Origin: Macrostomum lignano
Taxonomy: Eukaryota
Assembly: GCA_002269645.1 (NCBI GenBank)
Contig: NIVC01000751.1
Span: 62,001 to 126,000, forward strand
Length of the DNA: 64,000 bases
Direction of reading: 5' to 3'
How positions within the stretch are numbered: the first letter of the stretch is position 1; every line of letters starts with the position of its first letter. The notes below the pieces were generated by a model. It made no database searches. It worked only from the letters and a program-made list of their open reading frames with translations, and was not told where the DNA came from. This document shows, one piece after another, positions 49,801-63,095 of this stretch. The translations under genes and the position numbers were made by a program.

Positions 49801-49866
49801 GTCTAGCAAGATTCGAACCTCAAACCTTCCAATTTCAAGTCAGGCGCACTGGCCACTCGACCAATT
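49801..49866 (-). pseudogene. tRNA-derived (Ser-UGA-like) SINE head or tRNA pseudogene
   Basis: Minus strand TGGTCGAGTGG (A box), GACTTGAAA loop, GGTTCGAATC (B box); stems imperfect, no long variable arm. Confidence 0.55.
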
Positions 49867-52800
49867 TTTAGCGGTGTATTTTTAGCACTGAGAATTCCCA
49901 GACTTCTCATTCCCGTCCGCGGGTGCACTCGACCCCAGCCTATACGGACCAATAGCAGCGTTCCTTGGCATATCTAGCGTACTATCACTGTACGCACTGT
50001 GTGGACTCTCTAGGCTAGCCTGTGTGGGTCCACACGTGGACTCACTGGCTAGCCAGGTATTTTTTGTGTAGTGGATTGTCTGGCTAGCCCACGGCCGTTA
50101 GGTGAAAGCTACTCTCTCCCCCTTTTTTTTATCAATATCTGTTGTGCATCATTATCCACACTTTTCGGGCTGCAGTTCCATGGGCAAGCCACGGAATGCC
50201 CAAACGCTCCACCCTCCTCGTTCTATATTAATGAATGCAGGCCCGCTTGTCTGAATTTTTCCTCAGAACCGTTTTGACTGCTGGTCAGACTCGTCGAGAA
50301 TCTTCTCCGAGTAAGCGCTCTAGCGCCAGTTAACAGCGAAGCAAAAGCTCCTGAGCAGGTCTTGGTAAAGCTTTGAGCATCGCTAAGCAGCTGCAAGCTC
50401 CTGAGCAGGTCTTGGTAGAGCATTGCAGCACTCAAGCAGAAAGCACGCTCCTGAGCAGGTCTTGGTAGAGCATTGCTATAGCTCTGGTTTTCTAGCTTAC
50501 CCTATTGGCAGGAAATCAGTTGGCTGAAGCCATTCTGCTAGTGTCTATTCGCGACACAGGCGCGAATAAGAGTGAAAGTGAGTGTGCAGTCGCAGCACTT
50601 GTGCGCAATTCTAAGAAATAGCTGTTAGTTTATAGGCCTAGAGTCTATTGCTGCCGCAGGCGCACAGACCTTTCCTCGCTGCCCATCTGCACAAGATGTA
50701 GCTATTAGGTTAATAGGAGTTAGGGGTCCTCTGAGAGCTAAACTCAGACACACTCAAGCACAGACATTGTTAGTGCCAGGACTGCGCCGCTTAGGCTATT
50801 TGCTACCATTGAGTCCTATCACTTAGACATTGAAATATCTGAGACTAGTTGTTCTAGCGTTATTTATTTGCGTGGAGCCCAAACAGACCCTTTCATTGCG
50901 GATCCTACAGTTCCCACACTGGTGGCAGCACTACCCTTGATCTTAGATTTCTCCCCAGTCTCAACCCCCATAAGTATACTCAACAAGGTTGCTTTGGGAA
51001 ATAGCAATCCGCCCCGCCACAAAAACCAGAAAGCCAAGTGTAACACTGGTGATAGCGGTGGGATATCAAAACCTGCCAAACCACCCCAACAAGCAGAACC
51101 AAGTTACTACATTGGTAATAGCAGTGGGAATTGAGGAACAACACCTAGCCTAAGCAACCAAAAGCTCAGTTATATTAGAAGTTTTGATAATATAGTCAAC
51201 TATGAACATATTAACAAATACACTTTATAGTTTATTTATACTTTACTATAAAAAAAGTTCACTAAATGCTAGTTTGCTCATTGTAATGTATTATATATAT
51301 TATTTTATTGTGGTAGGGGTTACTTCTGTCTCTAATAATAATTTCACACTGTCACCAAAGTTGTACTAGGGCTAAACTAATCTTTTAAGTTGGTAGCTAC
51401 CACCAGGATTATCCTATTAATAAATTATGAGTTTATCAATCTTAGAATAATCCGAGAAATGTTTCTTAGAATAGGTCTGAGTATTTAGTCTGAGTATTTA
51501 ATCTGAGTATTTAGTCTAAGTATTTAGTCTGAGTATTATTCTTAGAAAAACTGTTAGCCCTAAAAGATATTACTCTTCTGATTATTCTGGTAGCGTTCTT
51601 TTATTCTGGTAGCGTTCTATTTAATAATGGCCTGAGCAGTATTTAGTCTTACTGGTATATGTATTTTATGTACTTTGCAAGTCCTTGGGCATTACCGAGA
51701 TCAGAGGGTCACAGCCTCCGGTTATTCTTACACGTATTACTTCAGATCTACTTCGTATTCTCTTACTACTCAATACTGCTGCTTCTCAATAGTATGTACT
51801 GTATACGCTTCAGTCTATTTCACTCTTACTTCTTAAAAAGAATCAACACAGAAAACACTTCTTCAATTCTTATTTTCTCGGAACTCTTACTATTCGTTTT
51901 CAACTATTTTGTTAGTGAACTGCGGTGCGCAAGGTTGGTCTCTCCTCTGCCAAAAACGCTTCTATTTATACTAAAATTTGCTACAGTTTTAAACAAAAAT
52001 TTGTTAGTGCAAAATATTATAGAAAATACGAGTATTAAAACAAAATATGTTTCTTAGTTTTGGCATGAATTCAAATTGACTAAATGGTGACTATTTTATA
52101 AAGAAATCAGGAGGGGCCCTGCACATTATTAAAAGTTTTCTTTCGTTGGATTAAAATTAGTTAATTTGGAAGTTTGTGGTTTTTAGTGTAAATATAAACA
52201 AATATGCCAAATAAATGCTTTCTTAGTGTTTCCTCTGCTCTTATACATGTTTTTGTAATGTTGGTAACAAAACTTTTACATTTGACATTGCTAGTTTGCT
52301 GAGTTTTTTTGCAAAAAATGTTTTTCTTTGCCATCTTTTAAATGACCCTTGCAATTATTTAAGTACCAGGCTTATACCTTCCTAATTCAAGGTACTTTAT
52401 TTCCAAGAATTTTTGTCAAAACTATGGCACGGCTATGGCTACGGCTACGGGAATATGGTAATATTGGAGTCCCTACGGCTATGAAATATGGAGAATTGGA
52501 ATAAGCCATAGTTTTGCTTATGGCTATGGCTACGATACATGGACCCTCCTTATGGTGGAACACTACTTTTCTATCATTTTCATTAGACTCATTTTAGGTT
52601 GTAATTAAAATTACTATTTTAACAAATCATTTTATTAAAAATAAAGCTATTCATAAATAATTTGTGCTTTAATAGACTTTTATACCTTTTAAAAATTTAA
52701 TTATTTATTTTATAGCTTTATTGCTTTTAAATTGCCAAAAAACGAATTTTCATAAAACTTGCCTCCAATTTTTAGATTTTGCCAAGTGCATATAAGCCTA

Positions 52801-52995
52801 GACAAAGCATAATTCTTATATCATAATATAAACAGGCTTACAATCCCTTGCCACCTGCAAATGTCTAGCTGGCAAATTTTGGCTGGCAAATATTGGCTAG
52901 ACTGGCAAACATTGGCTAGCAAACATCCCGCTGGCAAATGTTGGCTGGCAAACATTGGCTAGCAAACATTCTGCTAGCAAACGTCAGCTAGCAAA

Positions 52996-53579
52996 CAGGG
53001 GCAGTGTAGCGGTCGGACGGGATCCCGATCCCAATCCCGAAATCTCGGGATCCCGAGAAAAATTGAATTCCCGCGGGACGAGAATCCCGACCCTAAAAAA
53101 CTCAAGATTTGGGAACAGGTCTTTTGATTAAATAATTTATAGAATTAGTGATTACTTGAAGGTATTTTGCTTTAACTTGTACTCGTTACATTATTTACTT
53201 TGTTGGTTACAAAACTTTATATCAATTTCGTTGTGTTTTACTTCTTGATCTTGACAATCTTTTCTCAATTTTGTTTAACTTTACATGGACAATACACTAA
53301 AAGACCTGATCCCGATTCCCGAAATCCCGATCCCGATCCCGAGAAAAAAATTATTCCCGATCCCGATCCTGCCCGAAGATTTCAATCCCGTCCGACCTCT
53401 AGCGCAGTGGAGCTTAATATTTGAGGAGGGCACTGGGCACTGTGCAAGGGGGCACAGGTACCTTTATAAGCTGCTAATTAAATTAGGACCTAAAATCAGA
53501 AAAAACACTAAAAATTACCACATGGACTTATTTTCTAGGGGACATGTGCCCCTGGTGCCGCGAGCTCCTGCCGCCCATG
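52996..53579. mobile_element. hAT-like MITE (outer)
   Basis: After removing the inner MITE: CAGGGGCAGTGGAGC...GCTCCTGCCGCCCATG; 8-bp TSD CTAGCAAA/CTGGCAAA. Confidence 0.6.
53007..53401. mobile_element. hAT-like MITE (inner), 395 bp, with ATCCCG subterminal repeats
   Basis: TIR TAG(C/A)GGTCGGACGGGAT; 8-bp TSD GGGCAGTG/GCGCAGTG. Confidence 0.85.
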
Positions 53580-55238
53580 CTGGCAAATGTCCACTGGCAA
53601 ATGTCATTATCCCATCATTTTCAACATTATTCATACTCTGATTGCAAATTCTGTACAGTATATGAACCACATCTCCCGAAGAGATGGCTATGTATAGACT
53701 ATAGTATAACTTATAAGACTCTTAGAATGTTATAAAATCCACAGATAGATACAGACAGATAGATACTGAAGTTTTTTACTGTAATCTGTCTTAGCTGATT
53801 AAGACAGGGCTCTATTATCCTTACACTACAGGCACAGGGCCTATTTACATGTAGCTTATTTAGATAGCATATCATGCAGAAACATTTGTAACTTACGGCC
53901 TTACGGGCCAGGGCCAGGAGACCGCGATTAAAGACTGGCTGACTAATAAAAGACTAATAAAAGACTAATAAAATGACTAATAAGATACTGACTGACTGAA
54001 ACTGAAACTTTGGGAGCTCCAAAAAACAACTGAAACGAAAAACACAGCGTTAAGACCCAACAATAGCGTCCGGCGGAGCGGGGAGGCTCTCCCTTCGCTG
54101 ACTGAATCGGCGGAACTTTAACCTTCGTGCTGGCGGCGGGGGTGGGGAAGGCTGCCAGTGCCCAGCTAATTGGACGATAAGGAGTAGAGGGAGTGGAAAA
54201 CCCTTACTGGTGGGGTTGAGGGAGCGAGGAGGGCTACTGCCTGGACAGGCATACGATATCGATCGGTTCTGCCTTGTGGGTTAATGTAAAACACAGAAGG
54301 CCTACGCACGGGTCCGCTACGCTCGGATCCTTTGCACACAGCGCCAGAGTTGAATCAGCTCTCCTCAATGGTGTAATAATGGGCATGGCCGATTTGACTT
54401 GTCATTGTGTCTGGGTAAAAGTTCTTTGCAATGGAATGAAAGATTCAGCCAGAATTAGATTTGGAAAAGGGTTCGTTCGCTCGCTCTAACAAGCTCAAAG
54501 TCAACTCATACATACAGGCGAAGGGGATGCCGGATGCCTGCCGGGATTGTAGAAAATCTGGTGTAAAGTGCATTACGCAGCATCGTACTGTCTTGCACTT
54601 GCACAGTACGCTTATATATAGCACTGACTAGTAGTGTAGTGTCTACGCTTGGATGGAATTATCAATGGGTTGGAACGGAAGTACGAGTTCAATTACAAGT
54701 CACAGCAATATTCAGCTTTCATTTACTCGTATATCTCTAGTCCAGTAGTCCTCAAAATACTCAATTAGTATATAAACGTATTGCTTTGTTATTTTTGGTT
54801 TGCTAACAGCATGAATGCGCTGTACAGTGTAGACACTTAGCTGATGCCTGATTCAGCTGTGTCAGCTGATCTCGAACTCCCGGGACAAATTTTTGTTATT
54901 ATTTTTACAAGAAGCTTTGTAATATGAACATAATTGTTGGGCCTAAAGTTGCTAGCTAATTTGATGCTGTGTGAGAGTGAGAGTAGATAGTCTCAATTAA
55001 AAGATCGAGTCAATTTAGAGCTTCAGAAACTTTATTATTACTTTTCTTTTTACACTTTCTACTCTATACTATCTACATTCGACAGATCAACATAACAGTA
55101 CACGATACATATCGCATTTGTAATTTGTAGCATCACAGATATAAATGTAAAATTTATTGCAATGTAATTTATGTAAATTTTGATATTTTTTTGCATCTTT
55201 ACTACTAGTGTAGTAGTACTACTTTAATACGTCACAAT

Positions 55239-56895
55239 ATCTCTACCTATAAAAATCAAAACTCTGTGTGTGTGTGTGTCTGTCTGTGTGTGGACAATTT
55301 TGATCGCTATGGACTCCCAAACCGCTCAACCAAATGACACCAAACTTTACACCCACCCTAAACTTACTACGGAGAATGTCTTAGGCTACCTTTTAATTTC
55401 CTAAATTTGAGTCTTCCTACCTAAAAGTGCAAAAAACTGCTCAAAATGCACAATTTTTTCACTAAATCCCCTATAGCGCCGCTCCACTTCTACCGATTCT
55501 CTTTAAATTTGACACAGACAATTTTCAACTATTTTGGCACAATCATGTAAAATTTCGAGTCTGAAAGTTAATCCTGAACGGCGGTGTGCACTTTTAAAGT
55601 TTGGCTGTTTTTTTCAGCGTAGCAACCACCCCAACCTCCGCCCGCCTGCCTCTCTTTCCCGATACCGATCTGGGCCCAGATGTGCAAAAGGGTTTCAAAA
55701 TTGACTAACTTTCAGCTCCCATAAGTTTGCTCCACGTAAAGCGATTGACTTCAAACTTGACACAATTCTTTATTGACCCATCTCTACCTATAAAAACCAA
55801 AACTCTGTCTGTCTGTGGACAAATTACTTCGCTATGGACTCCCAAACCGCTCAACCAAATTACACCAAACTTTACACCCACCCTAAACTTACTACGGAGA
55901 ATGTCTTAGGCTACCTTTTAATTTCCTAGACTCAAGCCTTCCTACCTAAAAGTACAAAAAACTGCTCAAAATGCGCGATTTTTTAACTAAATCCTCCATA
56001 GCGCCGCTCCACTTCTACCGATTCTCTTCAAATTTGACACAGGCAATTTTCAACTATTTTGACACAATCGTGTAAAATTTCAAATCTCAAAGTTACTCCT
56101 GAAAGCCGCTGTGCACTTTTAAAGTTAGGCTGTTTTTTCAGCGAGGCAGCCACCCCAACCTCCGCCCGCCTGCCTCTCTTTCCCGATCTGGGCCCAGATG
56201 TGAAAAAGGGTTTAAATTGACTAACTTTCGGCTGCCATAAGTTTGCTCCACGTGAAGCGATTGACTTCAAACTTGACACAATTCTTCATTGACTCATTCT
56301 CTGTCTAAATGTTAAGTCTTAACTCTGTAACTCAATCAGAACAGAAACTGTAAGCATGTGAAGTTTGTCTGCTTTTTCTGTTGTTTGTGGCGCTCAACTC
56401 ACTCATTCCCGCAGTCCAGACGAAGGGTCAGGCGATAGGACTGAATGTACATAGCAAATGTACAGTGTTTTGGAATAACTTTATTTATAGCCTTCTCTGC
56501 ACCCTGAGAGTGGAGAGGCTACGTTTAGCCATAACAGTTTAGTGAGAAATTCTAACCACTGCCCTCCCCTCTGTATTGGCAAACTCTGCAGCAGTTTAAC
56601 AGTGGATGGCAATTGGCAAATCGAGGCAATCCAGCATGGTTTGTAAAAGCGAAAGATTTATGAAAAGGCGATGCGATGCAATGAAATACAACCCTACTAA
56701 ATTAGGCACACCATTGAAATTTTAAGTTTCTCTTAAAAGTACTTTGAAATTTAAATGGCCTAAGAAATGCGTATTTCCTTGGTTGTTAGACTGATGCAGA
56801 CTGCAGTGGAGCTGAAGATACACAAATTCCTTTCAGGGCTGCAAATTGGCAAGAAAGATGACGTGATCAAAGCATGAGAATAACGATGAGAGTAG
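55239..56895 (+). mobile_element. Helitron-like non-autonomous element; first ~541 bp tandemly duplicated
   Basis: A|TCTCTACCTATAAAA plus GT/GTCT microsatellite at 55239 and 55780; further copies at 40.9-41.8 kb and 42.8-43.7 kb; no clear 3' CTRR/hairpin identified. Confidence 0.55.
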
Positions 56896-56989
56896 TACGT
56901 CCCACAAACTTACTTTCGAAGCAGGGATCGGCAGACTTTTACTTCAAAAGCCAGATAAAGAATCCAGCTTATGTGCGGGCCAGATGAGA

Positions 56990-57751
56990 GTGGAAAGGAG
57001 AAGGAATAGACTATTAGAAGAGAGGAGAGGCGGGAGCCGCGGGACGGGGATAAGAGAAAACATGGAAGATAAGAGGAGAGACAAGTGGTGAGGAGAGAGC
57101 AGAGAAGAAGGGAGGAAGAAGCAAGAGGAGGGGAGAAAGGAGGGAGAGGAAAGAGTAAAGGTGAGAAGAGGGGAAAGATGAGACAGAGGATCGATGAGAG
57201 GAGAGTAGAGAAGAGTGAGAAGAGAGTAGAGATGAGAGAGCAGAAAGAAGATGACAGAGGGTCAAGAGGAGAGGAGAGAGTAGAAAGGATAGAGAAGAGA
57301 GGAGATAAGAGGGGGAGAGAGGAGTGAGAAGAGAAGAGATAGAGATAAGAGAGGGGTGTAAGAAGAGGGGAGAAAGGAGAGATGAGATTGTAGAGATGAG
57401 ACAAATGAAAGGAGAGATGAGAGAGTAAAGATGAGAGATGAAAAAGGTGAGAGGAGAGTGCAGAGAGATGAGAGAAGATATTAGACGAGAGAGAGTATAG
57501 AAGAGGGAAGAGAAAAGAAGAGAGGAGTAAGGAAAGAGAGGAGTCAGAAGAGGTGAAAGAGAAGAGTACAGAGGAGATAAGTGAGAGAACGTATTAGAGA
57601 GTAAAGATGACAGATGAGAGAGCAGAGATGAGGGTGAACAGACGAGAGATGGGAGAGTAGAGAGAACAGAGGAGAGACAGGGAGAGAAAAGAGGAGATAG
57701 GAGAATGAAAAGGGGAGAGAGTGGAGAGGAAAAGAGAGATGGGAGAGGAGA

Positions 57752-57786
<35 letters not shown>

Positions 57787-57797
57787 GAGAGAGAGAA

Positions 57798-57837
<40 letters not shown>

Positions 57838-58590
57838 GAGCAGAGAGAAACGAGAAGAGATAAGAGAGAAAAGATAAAAGAAGAGAAAGGAGAGATAAAA
57901 ACGCAGACAAGAGAGAAGAGAGGTGAGGGAAGAGACGAGCGACGAGGGGAGAGAGAAGAGATAAAACAAGAAAAGAAATGAGAGGAAAGAGAGAGAGGAA
58001 AGAGGTTAGAGAAAAGACGAGAGAAGAGGGGAGAGAGGAGAGAGAGAGAGGAAAGAGTAGAGAGGAGAGAGGAGAGAGTTAAGAGAAGAGAGAAAAGAAT
58101 AGAGAGGAGAAGGAAGAGACGAGAGAAGAGGGGGAGAGAGGAGAGAGAGGAGAAGAGAGATAACGAAAAAGTAGAGAGGAGAGAGGAGAGGAGAGAGAAA
58201 AGAAAAGGGAAGAGATGAGATAAGAGATATGAAAGAGAAGAGAGATGAGGGAAGATACGAAAGAAGATAGGAGAGAGGAGAGGAGAGAGAAAACGAAAGA
58301 GTAGAGAGGAGAGAGGAGAGGAGAGAGAAAACGAAAAGTAGAGAGGAGAGAGGAGAGGAGAGAGAAAACGAAAAGTAGAGAGGAGAGAGAGGAAAGAGGA
58401 GACAGGAGAGAGGAGAGAAGAGAGAAAACGAAAAGTAGAGAGGAGAGAGAGAGGAAAGAGTAGAGAGAAGAGACAAGACATAAGAGAGATGAAAGAGAAG
58501 AGAGATGAGGGAAGATATGAGAGAAGAGAGGAGAGAAGAGAGAGGAGAGACGAGGGACGAGAGAGAAGAGAGGAAACAGAAGAGACGATA
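56990..58590. repeat. 1.6-kb GA-rich low-complexity tract
   Basis: Almost purely purine on the + strand; source of the L/S/F/P-rich ORFs. Confidence 0.95.
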
Positions 58591-61500
58591 GAAATTTTAA
58601 AGGATCCAAGGGACATAGGGAGAGTCAGGGAGAGGCCAGAGTTTGCCAATACATGTTTTAGAGTCAGACAGACATTGCCTGACATTCTGTGAAGTACCCC
58701 AGCCAACAATATCAATGTTTGCCTCAAATCCTAATTTTACACGAATGTGTCCATTTTATGTCTACCTCTATCCTACTAACTATTAACAAGTTTTTGTTTG
58801 TGTATGGCCTTAGATTTCAGAATACATGCAAAAGTAGTTCCGGGGCTTGAAATTCCCCGGGTTCAAAATCCGCGGGTTTCAACAGCTTGTCACAATATAA
58901 TGCTCTTTTTCATCTACAAATAGATCATCAACTCTATAACAATAAAAAATAAAAGCAAAAAACGTTAGCGCATATTAAGCCTTAAAATGTCAATCCAGAA
59001 GCTTAAGAATCAATATTTTTCTGATCCCGGGATCGCAAAAAACCGGGATTTTGCAATCCCAGTATGCATAACGGAAACCAAACTCTCCAATCCCGGAACT
59101 AGCGAAATTCCGGGGACTGGAAGGAATATGGCCGAGATTTTCTGCATTACAATTTTTTCAAGATCGCTTAAAACGACACAACAGTTAATGCTAGCGGCAC
59201 TTGATCTGGCGCCACAGTTGCAAGCGCTCCTCAATCTGGCGCTACAGTTGCTAATTAGCTGCAATAAGAAGTAGAGTGTCCAGCGAGCCTATTTTTAGCA
59301 TGTGCAAAACCGAAAAATGGTAAAAAAGTGGTCTTCTTTAAACGTATGTAACTTTTTAAATATTTGAGATATGACCACGTTCTTATATTCATTGAAAAGA
59401 AGGCAAACAGATGTTTTAAACGACATATAGTTTTCATGTTTGGGACATACGATTACAAAGATACAACCTGTCAAACATTGTGTACATTTTCGTACATTTT
59501 CAAAACTGTGCCGAATTTGCTTGAAAATATGGGATCGAGAGGATTCGTTTTTTAGTAAATGAGTGTATAACTGCTAAGAATGCTTGCACACTGAGTGTAG
59601 GTAACTTCCTGGAGGTCATTTTAAGTGAACTTTTTTTGTTCAAAAATATGTACATGTACATGTACATGTACATGTAAAATTTAAAATGGCCATAACTTTT
59701 GAATGGAAAGAGCGGCCACCCTAATTCTTTTTGCTACTTACTTCTAGGGACAAAATGAAACTTTTAGGCAAGACAAGATGAGTGTAACTCTTGCCGCAGT
59801 ATGCTTAACAGAAATCGTCAAAATGCATGCAAATCCCCATAAGAGACATTAAAATCGGGAAATTTTCGAAGCTCAAAAGAATGGCCAGTTAGTTTCTTCG
59901 ATAAAATGATGGCAAAACAGGCCAAAATCTTTGTCCTAAAGGCACATACTGATAACTTTTGCCGCACCAACGTTATTAAGCATAATTGGCACAGGTGTAC
60001 ATGCAAAATACACTACCGAGATAGGAAAAATGTACATTGAGGGGCTGTATATTCGAAAAGAAGTCATGTATGCAATTTTTCTTTAAAAAGGGATAGCAGG
60101 ACTTACGATATACTATATCTCTTATGCATTTCTCACTAATCCATCTTTTATTTGCAGATCTTCCAGATGCCAGACATGCTGCGCCTATACAGTATCTACT
60201 ATGAGTGCATGACAAGCTCATGGGTGAAGCTTTCTACAGTCGCCTCTGATCATTCCAGCTGGGCCCGAAGATTGCGCGCAGCTTCTCGAAGGCCTGCGTC
60301 GGCGCCCTCTTCTCTGAAGGGGACCAGGCAACAGCAGCAGCAAAGGTTGGCAAACTGGCGTGCTATAGAAGTCGACTCTGGCTCAGTTGCAGCTGGGACC
60401 ACAGCAGGAAAGACAAGTGCCTGGCCCATGTAGATGACCCAGGGACTCTGCTTGCCAGCAGCTTCCTCGCACACCTTTGACCTCTACAGGTCCCGCACCT
60501 TTTTCACTTTTGTTACTGCCTCCACAGGTTACAAAGTGCGTCTAGTTTAGTGTCTGCAGGCAGACTAAGACATTCTGCCAAGCTAATTAAAAATATTAAA
60601 GCACTTAAGTGAAGCAGTTGAGTAGAGGCTGAACTGACTAAAAGGGTTCTCAGCCAATTCGGCTGCTGGGAGACAACTGACTGGGGATGAAAACAGGAGC
60701 AGACGAATCGACTGTCATACTCTCATACATGTGCATGTACATACTACAGTATACAATGTAATCACGCTGTGTATTGCTCAAGATTGTTAGATTGGCTACG
60801 AGCAAGTCACAATTCACCAATCACCAACATGGTGTCCCATCTCAGCAAACTGTTGTTGCGCAGTTGGCGACTCCAGTCTCCAGCTGCCAGGCCATGTCAT
60901 CCAAGCCGGTTCGTACCGCCCGCAGCTGGTGCAGATGCTACTGACGCTGCAGACACCTTAATACTGGAGAGGAAAGGCACGCACACGGGTTTTGTTGACT
61001 GCCTGCTGGCTGATTCCAGCACCCTGGACACGATGGCGACCTACATTCGTGTCAAGGACCTGAAACCCACCCTGTAATATTGTCTCATTCTTGACTGGCT
61101 TGATTGTAGTAGCTACAGTTGTAGTACTGTAGTAGACTCATAGTACGATGAGAAGGCCAGCACAGCAGATGAAATATTTGCTGACGAGCTGCACTGACTG
61201 CAGCTGAATTTGATAGCAGACAAATTGACTGGATTACCACGAACAGCTATCGCGCTGAAAAGTGAACACAGTGAACAAGTAAATGAATCAAATGATGCAG
61301 ATAAACTGTAAATCTATATTCGATCAATTGCTGAATATGGGCATGGTCTCTTCAAACATGAAAGTACATGATTTAGTAACATATTACTTAATACAGTATC
61401 GATTCATTACAGCTGTTAAATGGACTACAAAAATCTTTTGAATGACTCCAGCATGAAGATAGTTAAGATTAATATTGACACGAGCTACATAGATTTTTAG

Positions 61501-62194
61501 ACAACATAGACATCCAGATTGGTACTTTGGAAGACCCGTTTTCATAGAAATAATAGTCACTCATTTAAATACTACTTATAGTAGAAAGTCAAAAATCTTA
61601 CTAATTATAGTATACAAGTATTACTTTGACATGGAAGTAATATAAAATAAGGTAAATAGAAACTATACCATGAGAAAGACAAAGAATGGTACTCCAGAAA
61701 ATGTTTTTCTTCACCTTTTTGTCCTAATCCCCAGATATCTGCATATATAGAACAGTATATATATAGAAAAAAATATCAGATAATGTTGTAGCAACAAAAA
61801 TCTACAAAATAAAACATAAAGCACTAAAATTGGTTATAAAATAAGAAAGTTACAGACATTTTACTGCACAAAACATGTTTTTTTGCCCAAAAATGGCACA
61901 GTTTTTAGTGTATTTCAGATAGGGAAAAAACACCATTTTTTTGAAACGAAAAACTCCATAACTTTTTTATTACTTGATCAATTTTCAAAAGTTTGGTGTC
62001 ATTTCACTCATAACATCCAGGACTACAACATGGCATGATTAAAAATGTGGATTTCGAAAAAAAAAATTTCTCACTGGACCCCCTATAAGAAGTTATTCCA
62101 GCCAGTTGAAAAAAGTTTGCAATTAAAAATTTGGGGTTCTTCAGGTCTGAATATTTTCAGCTTGTCCCTCCGGGAGCAGGAACTTTGCCAGCCT

Positions 62195-63095
62195 TAAAGT
62201 TGCTAGCCGGACAAGTTGTCGGCCGGACAAGTTGCCAGCCAGAAAGTTGCCATATTGGCCGGACAAGTCGCCAGCCGAACAAGTTGCCAGCCGGACAAGT
62301 TGCCAGCCGGACAAGTTGCCAGCCGGACAAGTTGCCAGCCGGACAAGTTGCCAGCCGGACAAGTTGCCAGCCGGACAAGTTGCCAGCCGAACAAGTTGCT
62401 AGCCGGACAAGTTGTCGGCCGGACAAGTTGCCAGCCAGAAAGTTGCCATATTGGCCGGACAAGTTGCCAGCCGGACAAGTCGCCAGCCGAACAAGTTGCC
62501 AGCCGGACAAGTTGCCAGCCGGACAAGTCGCCAGCCGAACAAGTTGCCAGCCGGACAAGTTGCCAGCCGGACAAGTTGCCAGCCGGACAAGTTGCCAGCC
62601 GGACAAGTCGCCAGCCGGACAAGTCGCCAGCCGAACAAGTTGCCAGCCGGACAAGTCGCCAGCCGGACAAGTTGCCAGCCGGACAAGTTGCCAGCCGGAC
62701 AAGTTGCCAGCCGGACAAGTTGCCAGCCGAACAAGTTGCTAGCCGGACAAGTTGTCGGCCGGACAAGTTGCCAGCCAGAAAGTTGCCATATTGGCCGGAC
62801 AAGTTGCCAGCCGGACAAGTTGCCAGCCGGACAAGTTGCCAGCCGGACAAGTTGCCAGCCGGACAAGTTGCCAGCCGGACAAGTTGCCAGCCGGACAAGT
62901 TGCCAGCCGGACAAGTTGCCAGCCGGACAAGTTGCCAGCCGGACAAGTTGCCAGCCGGACAAGTTGCCAGCCGGACAAGTTGCCAGCCGGACAAGTTGCC
63001 AGCCGGACAAGTTGCCAGCCGGACAAGTTGCCAGCCGGACAAGTTGCCAGCCGGACAAGTCGCCAGCCGGACAAGTTGCCAGCCGGACAAGTTGT
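62195..63095. repeat. 16-bp minisatellite GCCGGACAAGTTGCCA, ~55 copies, with a variant block repeated 3 times
   Basis: Direct reading; the AGAAAGTTGCCATATTGG variant recurs at ~62240, ~62440 and ~62780. Confidence 0.97.

Larger units (their letters stand above)
39344..50089. mobile_element. putative 10.7-kb TIR-bounded segment (or two opposed ends of one family)
   Basis: GGCTAGCCAGACAATCCACTACACAAAAAATAC(G/C)TGGCTAGCCAG at 39344 recurs inverted ending at 50089; weaker similarity extends to ~76 bp; CA flanks both ends. Confidence 0.45.

Noticed and set aside
49801-49866. Functional tRNA-Ser gene
   Set aside because: Acceptor and anticodon stems do not pair properly and the long variable arm is missing.
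50347-50476. CRISPR-like pattern: 29-bp repeat x3 with 50-bp period
   Set aside because: Only three units, the spacers resemble each other, no cas genes, eukaryotic context; an ordinary degenerate tandem repeat.
56910-58727. L/S/F/P-rich ORFs up to 377 aa
   Set aside because: Reverse translation of the GA-rich tract.
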